Assembly: GCF_020745735.1 (NCBI RefSeq)
Contig: NC_083406.1
Coordinates: forward strand, 94,775,164 to 94,839,163
DNA length: 64,000 nucleotides
Direction of reading: 5' to 3'
Source of the DNA: Hemiscyllium ocellatum
Taxonomy: Eukaryota
Below are positions 11,993 through 24,150 of the stretch, piece after piece; position 1 is the first letter of the stretch; each line of letters opens with the position of its first letter. A program made the translations under genes and the position numbers. The notes beneath the pieces were generated by a model. It saw only the letters and a list, made by a program, of their open reading frames with translations, made no database searches and was not told the DNA's origin.

Positions 11993-12139
11993 ATGTACAG
12001 GAGCAATGCTGCTGTCAAGCGCAATGCTAATCAAGAAAATCAACATCTTGTCCCGCAGATGGGCCCACTTAACCAAAAGCAGAGGACCGTTTTAGGGGTG
12101 CTAAACGAGAACGACCAGCAGAGGCGTTCGCTTTCTCAG
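11993..12139 (+). CDS. CCNA1: Cyclin A1 coding exon 1. Full CDS join(11993..12139,12320..12581,12819..12946,14366..14589,14761..14965,19204..19317,19848..19981,20058..20136), 1293 nt, 430 aa
   Basis: ATG at 11993; encodes MYRSNAAVKRNANQEN...RTVLGVLNEN (destruction box)...RRSLSQ; donor CAG|GTAGTT, phase 0. An acceptor-like TTTGTAG ends at 11987, so an upstream exon is possible. Confidence 0.85.
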
Positions 12140-12319
12140 GTAGTTTCTGTATTCACCAAATCCGTTATTCCTATATGTTTAACTATATTTGGGGCTGTAT
12201 TATCTAAATATATCGTTCAGAGCCCATTTCACCTCGCCGGAGCGCTCGAGTTATTTCAGCGAGTTTGCAAACTGCCTGACTTTAGAATTTCTCTTTCCTC
12301 TTCTGACTTGTTTTGTTAG

Positions 12320-12581
12320 GTTTCTGCGAAAGTTTGTGGTACTGTTGCAGTGGGGACTGATAATGGGCTCATTTCGGCAAAGAGCTGCAGCACTCTCTCT
12401 GAATGTCCGGCTACTTTTGTGTCCAACCCGAACTTCAATATTTATATGGAGGATGAAGTCCAAGACGAAGTCGAAGTCTCTGAATGTAATCTAACCTCTG
12501 AACTCCAATCTAAACTTGGAGAAGTTGGTAACGTCTCCAAACCAGCGGACGACTATTGTCTGTTCTTAGATCTGAGTGAAG
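12320..12581 (+). CDS. CCNA1: Cyclin A1 coding exon 2
   Basis: Acceptor TTTTGTTAG|; open frame VSAKVCG...FNIYMEDE...LFLDLSE; donor AAG|GTAACA, phase 1, consistent with the next exon. Confidence 0.88.
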
Positions 12582-12818
12582 GTAACAGCAAGACGCGAGC
12601 TAGAATTTCGTATCGCTTGATACGAACTCAATCTTTTGTGTTGTCTTCGAACCGTGGATGTTTACGTTGCTGTATCCATTTTTTTCCGCTACTACCACGA
12701 TTGGGTTTAAAACTTTACCATTCGAGCACAGTCTTAGTTCTACCTCTGCTTAGAACACGTATAAAGCAATTCTATTCCTTCAATTCAATTGGCTGTTGAT
12801 GTTTTGTTACCTCTACAG

Positions 12819-12946
12819 TTTCGCCAATGTTAGTAGATTCATCCATGCGCTCGCAGCGTTCCCATGAAGATTCGCATGTACACGTAGATTACCTCGCTGT
12901 GGAAGGATATGCAGAAGACATTTATCGGTACCTCCGAGAAGCAGAA
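12819..12946 (+). CDS. CCNA1: Cyclin A1 coding exon 3
   Basis: CTCTACAG| acceptor; VSPMLVDSS...YAEDIYRYLREAE matches cyclin A1 (VSPMLVDSS...YAEEIYQYLREAE); donor GAA|GTGAGT. Confidence 0.95.
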
Positions 12947-13062
12947 GTGAGTCTCAGTAGCACGAACTCTGCTATTTAAGGAAATATAACCACTCACTGC
13001 CGACCCTTGGTTGCCGCTGGGCTTGGGTCACAACACTTTCTCTCTTGGGTGGCTCGTCCTAG

Positions 13063-13304
13063 TAGATTCCCTACAGTGTGGAAACAGGCCCTTCGGCCCA
13101 ACCAGTCCAGAGACCAATTTTTTTTTCTCTTATGCGCCTAACATTCTGGGCAATTTAGCATAACCAATTCGCCTAACCTGCACATCTTTGGACTGTGGGA
13201 GGAAACCCACAGTTACTGCGAGAATGTGCAAACTCCACAGACCATTGCCCAAGGCTAGAATCGAATAAGGTAGCAGTGCTAATCACTGAGCCACCGTGCC
13301 ACCC
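13063..13304 (-). mobile_element. HE1-type V-SINE in a ccna1 intron
   Basis: Similar to the other HE1 copies, with internal deletions. Confidence 0.85.
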
Positions 13305-13494
13305 CTATTCTTGGGCTGTTTTAAAACTCGCCTGCTGCAGAAACTACTTTAAACAAGATTAACCTCCTCATTGCAGCAGAATCCGGAATCCTTTTGGCCG
13401 CTTCCCTAGATTGCAACAACACTGACTGGGATAGTGGGGGAAATGTTCTATTGGCTCTGAGTTTGTGAAACTTCTGTTTGTTAAACTGCAGTCA

Positions 13495-14145
13495 AGCTTA
13501 GAGTGGCGTTGGGAAAGCACAGGTCAGCAGCATCCGAGAGGCAGGAAAATCCATGTTTCGGGCAAATGTCCTTCAACAGGAATGCGGCTGGAGCCTCAGG
13601 GTGGAGAGATAAACGGGAGGGGGTGGGGCTGGGAAAGATTACTGACAGTGCCGGAGATGGAGGTGGGGTAAAGGTGATCGGGTGGACAGTCATGAGGGTG
13701 GTGCTGAGCTGGGGAGGGTGAACGAGGAAACTGGTGAAGCCCACACTGATGCCATGAGGTTGAAGGGTTCCAAGGCAGAAGATGAGGTCTTCCTCCTCGA
13801 TGTCAGGGGGTAGGGAGTGGTAATGGAGGAGGCCCAGGGCCCCCTTCTCCTCAGCAGAGTGGGAGGGGATGTTGAAACTTTTGGCCACTTGGCAGTGGGT
13901 TGGTAGGTGTGGGTGTCCCTAAGATGTTTTTCTGAAGCTCTGAGAAGGTGCCCTGCCTCTCCAATGTAGAGGAGACTGCATGGGGAGAAATGGATATAAT
14001 AATAAATTGTGGAAGTGTAGATGAAGCTTTTGGATGAGGAAGGCTCCTTTGGGGGGGGGGGGGTGGGCAGCATGAGCGCAAGCTTTGCAATTCCTGCAGG
14101 GGAAGGTGCCAGGAGGGGAGGGTGACTTACATCAACCCAGCTGCA
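13495..14145 (-). mobile_element. Penelope-like element 3' part (GIY-YIG region and terminal repeat) in a ccna1 intron
   Basis: IYYYIHFSPCSLLYIGEAG...KHLRD, FNIPSHS, LIFCLGTLQPHG; homologous to 24950-25620. Confidence 0.85.
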
Positions 14146-14365
14146 GGTGTCCTCCATTAAATATTCTGGGAGGACTAAATATTTATTCAGTCTAGATTTC
14201 AAAGCAAATACTGTATGGGCTTGTGACCACCTCTTTTCGAATGCTAATCTGCATAGAGGCTCACAGCTTTCTCTCTGCGGGATGACCTTTTTCCACCATG
14301 ACTCGTCACTTTTACAGTACAAATTTTACATTCCAAACTGGGTGCTAACTTTTAATGTTTTTCAG

Positions 14366-14589
14366 GAGAAATGCAGACCGAAATTTGGGTACATGAAGAA
14401 GCAGCCGGACATAACCCACAGTATGCGCTCCATTCTCGTGGACTGGCTGGTTGAAGTTGGTGAGGAGTACAACTTGCAAACTGAAACGTTGTACTTGGCT
14501 ATTAACTACCTGGACAGATTCCTGTCATGTATGTCAGTCCTAAGAGGAAAGCTGCAACTGGTGGGCACAGCAGCTATGCTGGTAGCATC
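14366..14589 (+). CDS. CCNA1: Cyclin A1 coding exon 4 (cyclin box)
   Basis: TTTCAG| acceptor; [27 protein letters not shown]...[29 protein letters not shown]; donor TC|GTAAGT, phase 2. Confidence 0.97.
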
Positions 14590-14760
14590 GTAAGTCTTTG
14601 CTTTGTTTTTGTTCGGCTTTTCCATGTGGAACTCCAATCAAAGGATTTTTGTCTGTTTTATTTTTGCACAAAAAAAAAATTGGTTCTAGGATCGCAGTGA
14701 TTTTGGGAATAAAGATATTTTTTAATATACTGACTGATCAACTTGTACACTTTTCCCTAG

Positions 14761-14965
14761 GAAATATGAAGAAATCTATCCCCCTGAAATAGATGAGTTT
14801 GTCTACATAACAGATGATACCTACACCAAAAAACAGCTCCTGCGCATGGAACATCTCCTACTCAAGGTGTTGAGCTTTGACATGACCGTTCCAACGGTTA
14901 ACCAGTTCCTAACGCAGTTTTTGAAGGAGGAAGGGATTGATGGACAAATGGGAAACCTAGCAATG
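14761..14965 (+). CDS. CCNA1: Cyclin A1 coding exon 5
   Basis: TTTTCCCTAG|; [40 protein letters not shown] (KY is A1-type, A2 has KF); donor ATG|GTATGT. Confidence 0.97.
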
Positions 14966-15739
14966 GTATGTATCTTATTTCTGGGTTAACTCCCAGGCTC
15001 CTGCAGGATGGAGTTTGACTCAAACTGAGATTTGGAAATTATTTAATAGGTGGCCGATCCGAATAAAGTCCGAGCCAAGGTTTTTGCACCTCTGAGGCAG
15101 TTCATCTCTTGTTTTAACATCCATCTATTCAAAGTGCATTTTCCAGCTCTTGACCCATAGCATTGTGTTCAATGGTGTTCACACAATTTAAATGTCATTG
15201 TTCTGCCTGTATCATGTCCTTTTTTAGGTTGCTATCCACCATTCTAGAGAATTTCCTGCTCCTGACTGCTAGCCATCCCACAAAGTAGTTGAATTACTGC
15301 AGCTCAGGCAACACACTGGTGAAATCTCCTCTGCACCTTCTAGTGCAGTCACCTCCCTCCATGGTTTGGCAACCAGAACTGCATGCAGTACCCAAGCTGT
15401 GGCTGAAATAACGCTTCATATAGCTCCATCATAATCTCTTTGCTCATGTTTTTGACTAATAGACAACCATCTTGACCACCCATTTTTTTTTTTTTGTCAA
15501 CCTGTCCTGTTATCTCTAAATCCACAAATTGAGGTCTCCTTGATGCAGTGATGGTATCCTGCCTTTGGGCTAAAGCTTATGGTGCAAGTCCCACCTGCTC
15601 CAGAGATGGGCCTTTATGACTTTCTCTGGCTCATTGTCACAGGAGTAGGAAGCCAGCAGTAATTACTTAATTGACAGACAAAATCATGTCTCCAGCCTTT
15701 GAATATTGTCCTCAAATGGTCTTCCTAACAGTGTGTCAA

Positions 15740-17820
15740 AGAGCTGATGAGAGGAGGCCACACTGGATCTGGTACTTCGTGGTAGGTGAACACTTTAGGG
15801 AGTGACCATAATTCAGTCACGTTTAGTTTAGCAATGGAAAGGGATGGGTATATGCCACAGGGAAAGTGTTGTTGCTCTTCCCCTATCAATTATGATGAGA
15901 TTATGCAAGACTAAGGAGGCATAGAATTGGGTGATCACCCTGTGGTGATCAGAGGTGCTAAATAAGTATTTCTCATTTCTTTTTCTCTACAATATTCTTT
16001 CTTGAGGGAAGACAGATATGGGCTATTAGACTAGAAAGGATTGAGGTTAAGGAGGAGGTGTTACGTTTTTTTTTTGAGAATTGATAAGCCCTCTGGACCA
16101 GATGGGATTTATCCAAGGATTCCCTGGGAAAGTAGAGAAGATAGAGCCTTTATCTTGGAGTCATCATTGTCTACTAGTTTAGTACTGGAAGATTGCAAAT
16201 CTTGTGCCATTGTTCAAGAATGGCAGGAGAGATGACCCAGGTAACTGTATAGACAAATGAGCTTTGCATCTGTTGTAGGGAAAGTTTTTTGGGAAAGGAT
16301 TATAAGAGGACTTATAATCGCTAGCAAGCAACAATTTGATTGGATATAATGAATATTGTTTTGTCAAGGGCAGGTCATGTCTCGTCCACTTTTTTGAAGG
16401 TGACCAAGCATGTGGATGAGGGTAGGGCAGCTGATACGGCGTATGTGGACTTCAGTAAAGCTTTTAAGGTTCCCACATGGTAGGCCTTTGGAGAAAAAGC
16501 AGAGTCATGGGATGAAGGGTGATTTAGATTAGATTACTTAGTGTGGAAACAGGCCTCTCGGCCCAAAATGTCCACACTGACCTGCCAAAGTGCAACCCAC
16601 CCATACCCCTACATTTACCCCTCCCTAACACTGTGCAATTTAGCATGGTCAATTCACCTGACCTGCACATCTTTGGGAAGAAACCAGAGCACCTGGAGGA
16701 AACCCATGCAGACATGGGGAGAACATGCAAACTCCACATAGTCAGTTGCCTGAGGTGGGAATTGAACCTGGGTCTCTGGCACTGTGGGGCAGCAGTGCTA
16801 ACCACCGTGCTGCCCACATCTAGCAGTTTGGATTAGAAAATTACCTTGCAGAAAGCGATGAGTGGTGGTTGATGGAAAGTATTCAGCCTGGGGGAGTTTG
16901 GTTACTAGTAGTATGCCACAAGGATCTGTTTTGGGACCATTGCTGTTTGTCATTTTTATAAATGACTTGGACACACCCATAGGTGGTTGGGTTAGTAAGC
17001 TTGCAGATGACACTGGTCAGAATGGTGACCATGTGGAAGAATTTTGAATTGGGCTGAGGTGTTTTAAATGGAGTTTAATGCAGATAAATGGGAGGTGATT
17101 CACTTTGGGAAGAATAACAGGAAAGCAGAATACTGGGTCAATGGAAAGATCCTTGGTAGTGTGGATGTGCAGAAGGATCTTGGTGTCCATGTATATAAAT
17201 CCCTGCAAGTTGCGACCCAGGTTGATAAGTTGATAAGGTTGGTAAGGCATACGATGAATTAGGTTTTATTGTAGCGGGTTTGAGTTCTGGAGCTGTGATG
17301 TCATGCTGCAACTATACAAGGCTAATGCAGCCTCACTTGGAATATTGTGTACAGTTTTGGTCACACCTTGTAGGAAAGATGTAGAAACATTGGAAAAGGC
17401 TGAGTAGATTTACCAGGATGTTACCTAGTCTGGAAGGAAGGCCTTTTAAGGAAAGGCTGAGGGACTTGGGTCTGTTCTCGTTTGGAGAAGGCTGAGGGAA
17501 TTTAATAGACAAGATCAGTGGATTAGATAGGATGGACAATGAGTTTTTTTTTCCCCTTAAGATGTTGGCTTTACAAGGGGTGGAACCTCAAATTGAGGGG
17601 TGATAGATTTAAGACAGATGTCAAAAACTGGTTCTTTACTTGGTAAGGGTGTGGAATACCCTACCTGCCAATGTAGTTAACTCAGCCACATTTAAGGGCA
17701 TTTAAGCAGTCCTTGGATAAGCATATGGATGGTGATAGTGTGGGGGGTGGACTTGATTGGTTCACAGATTGGTACAACAAAGAGGGCTGAAGGGCATGTT
17801 CTGTGCTGTATTCTGTATCC
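15740..17820 (+). mobile_element. CR1 LINE (degraded) in a ccna1 intron, interrupted by a SINE
   Basis: DKPSGPDGIYPR, VTSSMPQGSVLGPLLFVIFINDLD, LADDT, MEFNADKWEVIHFG. Confidence 0.88.
16524..16816 (-). mobile_element. HE1-type V-SINE nested in CR1
   Basis: Full head-V-tail structure; CR1 sequence resumes on both sides. Confidence 0.9.
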
Positions 17821-19203
17821 ATCAATAACCAATCTTGGCCCCATGCTTGTTACTAACAATAGCCCAACACCACTATGCTCAAAGCAAGACAATCTAGGCA
17901 AATGGACTGCTGCATTGAAGCTGAACTTTGCATGAGACCCTTTAATGTCTGATCTTGTGATTTTCCCAGAGGTATTTGTCTTGCTGAACCCAACCAAGAT
18001 ATTTTTGGACATGGCCCTAATAATAGCATAGCTTCTTTGCTTGGCAACAAGTATGCTGGCTTTGAGATGCAAATTACATTTGGGAATGACTTCTAAACAC
18101 CACTTTGAATATTTCTATTTATAATTGAGATATTGGACAGATGTTAGAATATTCTACTTGCATGTGTAGAAACTTTGTTAAACTTTTTATTTCATCTTCC
18201 CATTGTCCTGTCTCATGACACTGGCATGATGCAGTTACATAATTTAAAAACTGAACTAGTTCTGCAAATGTAACTAGGTCAGTATAAAAGCTTGTGATGT
18301 TCCAATGTTAAACCATTTCTCTAAGTCCACATTAGACTTGAGGCTCTTCTAGACTTTGTGAATCTCCTGGTGGTATGGTGTAGACTTTATGAAATCTCCT
18401 GGTCAGCTTTCTGCCTGGGAGAAGTGAGTTGGACTTGACAGATCATCCTGGTCCTCTGACCAATTAAAACAAACTAGGAAATCTGCAGTCCAAATTTTGA
18501 TCCTTCACTAGTGGATGGTTTGTCCTGTCTTAATTTTTAAACAGCCCATTGTCCTCTAACAATCTGAAATGGACAGTGCACCTGCATTTAAGATCATCAA
18601 ATAATTTGGATTCAACATTGCCATTCATGGCATTGGTAATTGAGTGACTGTAAAGGCCAAATTAAACTCTGCATGGCTTTACTGCAACTTTATCTATAGT
18701 TAACATTGTGATTCTGAAACAATAGAATATTGTATTACTCAGGTTATGGCAATTGCACAACTCCAAAAATGCTTAACTAGAGCTTTGTGGTGGTTAATGT
18801 TTTATTCTGTATCACACATTATCAAGGTAAATATCCATGTCTTTTGTGGAAATATTGGAAAAGTTTGAAGGAAACATTAGCTATTTATGTAAGTCTATTG
18901 ACTGAAAGGCAAGTGGGCCTCTGACTGGATATTGATACTTGTGCAAGCCTAACCAGAGTAGTTGGATTTGGACAATTGTGTCCAACTTAATTGGATGCCA
19001 TTGTGGTGATATGGGTTGCTCAGTGACCTACTTCTACATTGTACACCTTGAATTCAAAGTGAACACTGATTTGGTGTTGAATGCAAGAGGCCAAAGGTTA
19101 GGATGGCACAAGTATGTTGCAGATAAAGCTGGCTACCAACAGTCATCTGAAGCCCAGTTACAGAACTGTCATGCTAACTGGCTAAATTTTTTTTTCTTCT
19201 CAG

Positions 19204-19317
19204 TACATAGCTGAACTGAGTCTATTAGAAGCTGATGTATGTTTGAGGTATGCACCCTCTCTAATGGCAGCAGCTGCATATTGTTTGGCAAACTACACAA
19301 TCAACAATACATTTTGG
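19204..19317 (+). CDS. CCNA1: Cyclin A1 coding exon 6
   Basis: TTCTTCTCAG|; [11 protein letters not shown]...[21 protein letters not shown]; donor TGG|GTAAGT. Confidence 0.96.
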
Positions 19318-19847
19318 GTAAGTATTTTTGTGCCACTAAATCACACTTCAAAATGGAAATATATAATGGGTGAATTGAAGATTAATTTAAATGATAAATG
19401 CAGTTTGTTTACTCTGCAGAAGTATCAACCTCCCATCACCTTTTTAAAGCAGAAGGAAGACCACATAGAATTAATTCTGACATTTTTTAAACTAACTGTC
19501 TAATCCCCAGCCCACTTGTATGACAATCCTTCTACTCTACTACCGTATACCTCTTGGACACCTAACAGGCCCTCATCCCATGAAGGATTCTTGTGCAAGA
19601 GTCACCATACACCTGAAATTAGTATTAAATCTTCCTAAGCTTTTTCTCTTCAGTTCTAATATTAAGGATAATACCTGAAAGGCCCCTTACTGCACTGATC
19701 TTCCAGCAATTGAATGTCACTTTTTTTTTCTGCCTAAAATGTATGACTTTTTGGTTGAGCTAAACAAAAGTCAATAAATTGCTGAATCTAGAATTTATAC
19801 ATTTTGTAAACTCTAATTTGTAAGATACTAACTGTCTATTTTGACAG

Positions 19848-19981
19848 CCTCCATCTCTTGCTACATTTACTGGATACTCATTGGTTGATATTGTACCTTG
19901 CCTGCATGATATGCATAAGACCTTTCTCCAAGCTAAATTCCAGCCACAACAAGCCATTAAAGAAAAATACAGGAGCTCCAA
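19848..19981 (+). CDS. CCNA1: Cyclin A1 coding exon 7
   Basis: TTTTGACAG|; [24 protein letters not shown]...[11 protein letters not shown]; donor AA|GTAAGT, phase 2. Confidence 0.96.
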
Positions 19982-20057
19982 GTAAGTTGGGTTTTTAAGT
20001 GTCAACATAAACTTTCTCAGAAAACTGCATTCATTAAAATGAAAATGCTTCTTCTAG

Positions 20058-20136
20058 GTATCTGAGAATTTCTCTCATTGAGCCTCCAGCAACCTTGCCT
20101 CTGCACGCACTGATTTCAAGTGCCATTCAAGGATGA
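20058..20136 (+). CDS. CCNA1: Cyclin A1 last coding exon
   Basis: CTTCTAG| after a 76-nt intron; KYLRISLIEPPATLPL...QG then TGA at 20134-20136. Confidence 0.92.
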
Positions 20137-20483
20137 AAATTGAATGCTCATCAGAAAAGTAGCACTAACATTTATAAATGCCAAGAAGGACTGAACTGGT
20201 CATAAACACTTGAAGGACTGCTGCTAATTTAACTCCTAGCTGACTGCTATTGGATGGTGACCTTATTTGATATGGTTTTAAAGTGCAATTTTTAACCTGC
20301 AGTATTAAGTTTTAATCTTTTTTATTTATAAAGAATTCCAAATAGTTTTATAAACTCAGGATAGTGATGGCTCAAATGCCATGTACTCCTTCATTAACCA
20401 TTTTAAATGCTATTTGCATTTCTCACTGACTACAATGGAGGTGGGTTTGAGGAGTGAATGTTGTACTTTGCATTTGGACAACC

Positions 20484-20489
20484 AATAAA
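20484..20489 (+). terminator. ccna1 polyadenylation signal
   Basis: First AATAAA I found after the stop codon, about 350 nt downstream, in a U-rich 3' UTR context. Confidence 0.7.
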
Positions 20490-22014
20490 GTGTTTTATTT
20501 AAAAAAAAAAGCTGGGCACTGCATCAGTTTCTTCCCCAAAACATTGATCTGTTGGGTGTACCCTGAACCAGTGGTGGGTCAAGGCTTGTATATAAAATGG
20601 TGTCACAATTTGAAGAGCTTTTGAATGACTGGAGGATCAGCATGTGCTCAAGACTTGCATAACTATGTAATCTCCCACCATACCAGCCAAAACTTTTATT
20701 TTCAGCCATTTGTTGTGATTTGAGCAATTTTTTTTAATAGTGGTCTTGGTCACAAATTATAATTAGGATGCTTTTTTAGGACTAGATTTACAACTTAATT
20801 TTGTCCCATTCAAGAAATCTCTCCCTGAAAGACAACAAAATAGTCATGTCATCCTACTGCATCTTTCTCAACTGCAGGCTACCTGCAAAGAACTCCAGCC
20901 AAGGAAATGTTACTGTCAAGTTTTCAATATTGCTGTTCAAATTACTTTGGGGGGCTACAACAGTTTTCTGACTTGGTAATATTGATGGAGGGGTCATAGA
21001 AATTGGACACTAACGATAACCTGCCTTATATGAAATGGTCTAAACTTTAACAGCCATTAATTGTCTCATCCAAAAGAGTACCCGGACTCGAGTGTCAACT
21101 GACATTCCTGCTCAAGTGCTCTGGTTAGAGAACACAACCTCTTATCCACAGCTTAGCAGCTGCCAACACCATTCCCTAGGAGTAACAGGATTCTGGGGAA
21201 GTCCTAAGTGACTGGAGTAACCTCCCAGTTCCACAGCAGAACCAACTTCTCAGTACAAACACCCAGGTCAATAAAACCAGTGTTTTTAAAGTCCACTGAT
21301 GGTGTAGCCTGCTCCAGGCTTTCCTCCTCCTGTCCTTTTCAGTTTAATGACTTATCGACACCTAATTGAGTGATAAATCTCTAGATACCAATACTGTGAA
21401 GTTTGACCATCCTTGACAAGTGAATCCCTCCAGCATTTAATGTTTTGATTTTCATTTGTTATGGCTTAATTAGTGGAACATTTTTCCAACATCTTAGCAC
21501 TAAGATCTACACATTGAAAACCATTATGCTTCCCTGACCATTGCAAAATGACTGTTATTCTATGGCTTAAGAATTGGATGCTATCAAAGCTACTAGGACT
21601 GCAGAAATAGAGAAAACACTCAGACTGTACTCCCACTGTTTAGAATGAGGAAAATCTAGAATATAAAACCAAAAATAGCTGAAGATATTTGAAGAATCAG
21701 CTAAGAGTAAGAAGCTTAATTGTAAGGATAGGTGGGGGTTTCCTCATTTCTTCTTCTCTCCCATCCCATCCCACCCCACTAAAACATAGGTAGTTAAGGT
21801 AAACCTTTCTTGTCAAGGTTTATAAAATGACCAGTACAGATATGATGAATGGTAGGCTTATTTTCCCTCCAGTGGAGGATTTTGGGACTAGGTGCCTTTT
21901 TTTAAGGGGAGGAGAGCATTTTAAGGATGGGGTTTAGTGGTTCTTGTATGGCATGAACTTTCTGACACATTGTAACCATACCTGCATCAAAAGACACTTT
22001 CATAAGTGTAAATA

Positions 22015-22205
22015 GGTCTTGACCATTTACTATTCCTGCGAAAAAGAACAGGAAATGACATTATCCCACGGAAACCTAAACATAAATATAGCATGCACAT
22101 GTTTCCTGCTTTCTTTGCCTGGAGGCTCACTGAAGATGTTACCTAGTATGGTGACGAAACAGCTGAAAATGAACCTTCCAGCTCAGCGAGCAAACCTACA
22201 CCCAA
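22015..22205 (+). mobile_element. Second-family Penelope-like 3' end with a hammerhead motif, inserted in a CR1 fragment (about 21815-22280)
   Basis: TCA-CTGAAGA-T-GTTACC-TAGTAT-GGTGAC-GAAA-CAGC-TGA at 22127-22166. Confidence 0.65.
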
Positions 22206-23238
22206 GAAAGGTTGAGAGAATGTGGGCTAAGTGCAGGCATGTGGGACTAGTTTAGTTTGGGTTCCACAGGTGTGTGAACAGGATTGATTTTCTTTGAGCT
22301 TTAGACTTCACTGTGCCTTTGGTCCGAAGAGCTGAATTCCAAGGGTATTGAGATTGATCATCCTTTCTGGTAAAACAGCATTTAACAAGTGTGGTGTCAA
22401 AGTCTGGCAAAATTAAAATCCATGTAATATTGGAAAAGATTTCCACTGTTTGATAGTGTTACTATAATTAAATTCACCATTACAATATCCTGAATGGGTT
22501 ATATGTTTGCATCCTTACAAACACACATTCTGTTTGAACTTGGAGATGGGGGGGAGAAAAAATGACTGGTAGTTTCATGGATGCCTCTTGTACAATGCGT
22601 AGTCTAAGGCTAAATATTCCCATGAGTTGGGGAAGATGTTACATTTTTGTCAGGGAGGCTTACCATCATCTGCAAGTTTCCCTTCCAAGCCACTCACCAT
22701 CCTGATATGGAAGTACATTGCCACTCTCTCAGTATTGCCAGGTCAAAATCCTTAACCGCACTGGAGATATACCTACAACACATGGATTAGGGCAGTCCAA
22801 AAGATACCAATACCCTCTAAAGGGTAATTAGGGATGCACAATAAGTGTTGGCCTAGCCAATGAGACACAAATTTTATGAGAATTAGAAATAAAAAAAACT
22901 TCCCTGAAGATCTCTCTGTGATTTCTGGAGCTGCAGTAGCTAACCACCAACTATTACATCATTTTTCAATGTGCCCAGAATGACTCCAACCAGCACTCCT
23001 TGATGCGTAGTGACACCATGCTCAATTCTGAGGGGCAGTTGCTGGTCAGTCACTGAACAGATTGACAAGAGTTTGCCAATGTATCTTTAATGAAAATGAG
23101 TTAATTGGACAGTAAAGGAAAAAAAATCAACACTGTGCAAGAACTAGTTGAAACTGTCTCACTGTGAATCAGAAATAAAGATTGAAATCCAAAATAGCAA
23201 CTTCAGTGAAAGTTTGCCTGTTTCTTTTTTAAAGTTCC

Positions 23239-23902
23239 TGTTCAGTAGGAATAGCTGTGCTTGGTTTTGAAGGCGGGCATAAACCGCCCCGTGTTTACTA
23301 TGGAGCAAGGCCCACATCGGGAAAACCAGCCGTATCCATTTTAAGACAGCAGCTGCCAACCCGACCACGTGATCGGGAGAAGGGGACCCAAAGACAGATC
23401 CAAATACACACCAGACACTAGTCAGGACTCCAGACAATGGTCGTGACTCACAGATCGAAACCCACCTTATAATCTCGTCAAGACTCCAATTTACATAACC
23501 TGATCATGCAAAAGAGTCCTACACAAAAGGGTGAACCTAACACTTTGGAAGTAACAAAGGGGGGTGCTAGCCTCCAGCCCTCACGGAGAGACAAGCAGAT
23601 AGCACCCGGACCCATTCACATAAAAATAAACAACACACCTTTTGTGTATGCTGCCGACTCTCCGAGGACGGCAGGAAGCTTGACATTCACACGTACTCCA
23701 GCCATGAGTACCATCATTCATACCCAATCTCCTACATCCTGACTCATGAAGTATATAACTTGTAACATCGCACGGGAAATGTGAGAGCAATCGAGATTCA
23801 AACCTTGGTTGGTCTCCGCCGGCGTTACATACTTTAATAAAGTTACCGATAGTCAGACCGCACTCTGGGCTTGGACTAAAGATCATTTCATCTGTGCTAA
23901 CA
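23239..23902 (+). mobile_element. Solo LTR (664 bp)
   Basis: TGTT...AACA termini, 5-bp flanks GTTCC/GTTTC, TATA-like sites near 23620 and 23752, AATAAA near 23836, CpG-rich relative to its flanks. Confidence 0.65.
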
Positions 23903-24150
23903 GTTTCTTTCCAAAAAATATCTACATTCACTCAATGCTATTTTCTTTAATTTATGTCTCTTTATGAGTCTTTTAAACAAACTACTCACAATGGCTCACT
24001 TACTCCTTATCATGTGTTCCTAAAATTCATGCATTCAACAGCCTTGTAAGATGTTTTATTAACTGACATCTCAAAGTTTTCTGTTCCTGGAGCTTTTTGC
24101 TTATTAACCTCTAAATCACTCATTCTTATACACTGACTGCTTTGGCGATT

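Noticed and set aside
11993-20136. Calling the cyclin gene CCNA2 because of its promoter
   Set aside because: Peptide signatures and SERTM1/RFXAP synteny indicate CCNA1.
20501-20510. A10 run as evidence of a processed pseudogene
   Set aside because: The gene has seven canonical introns.
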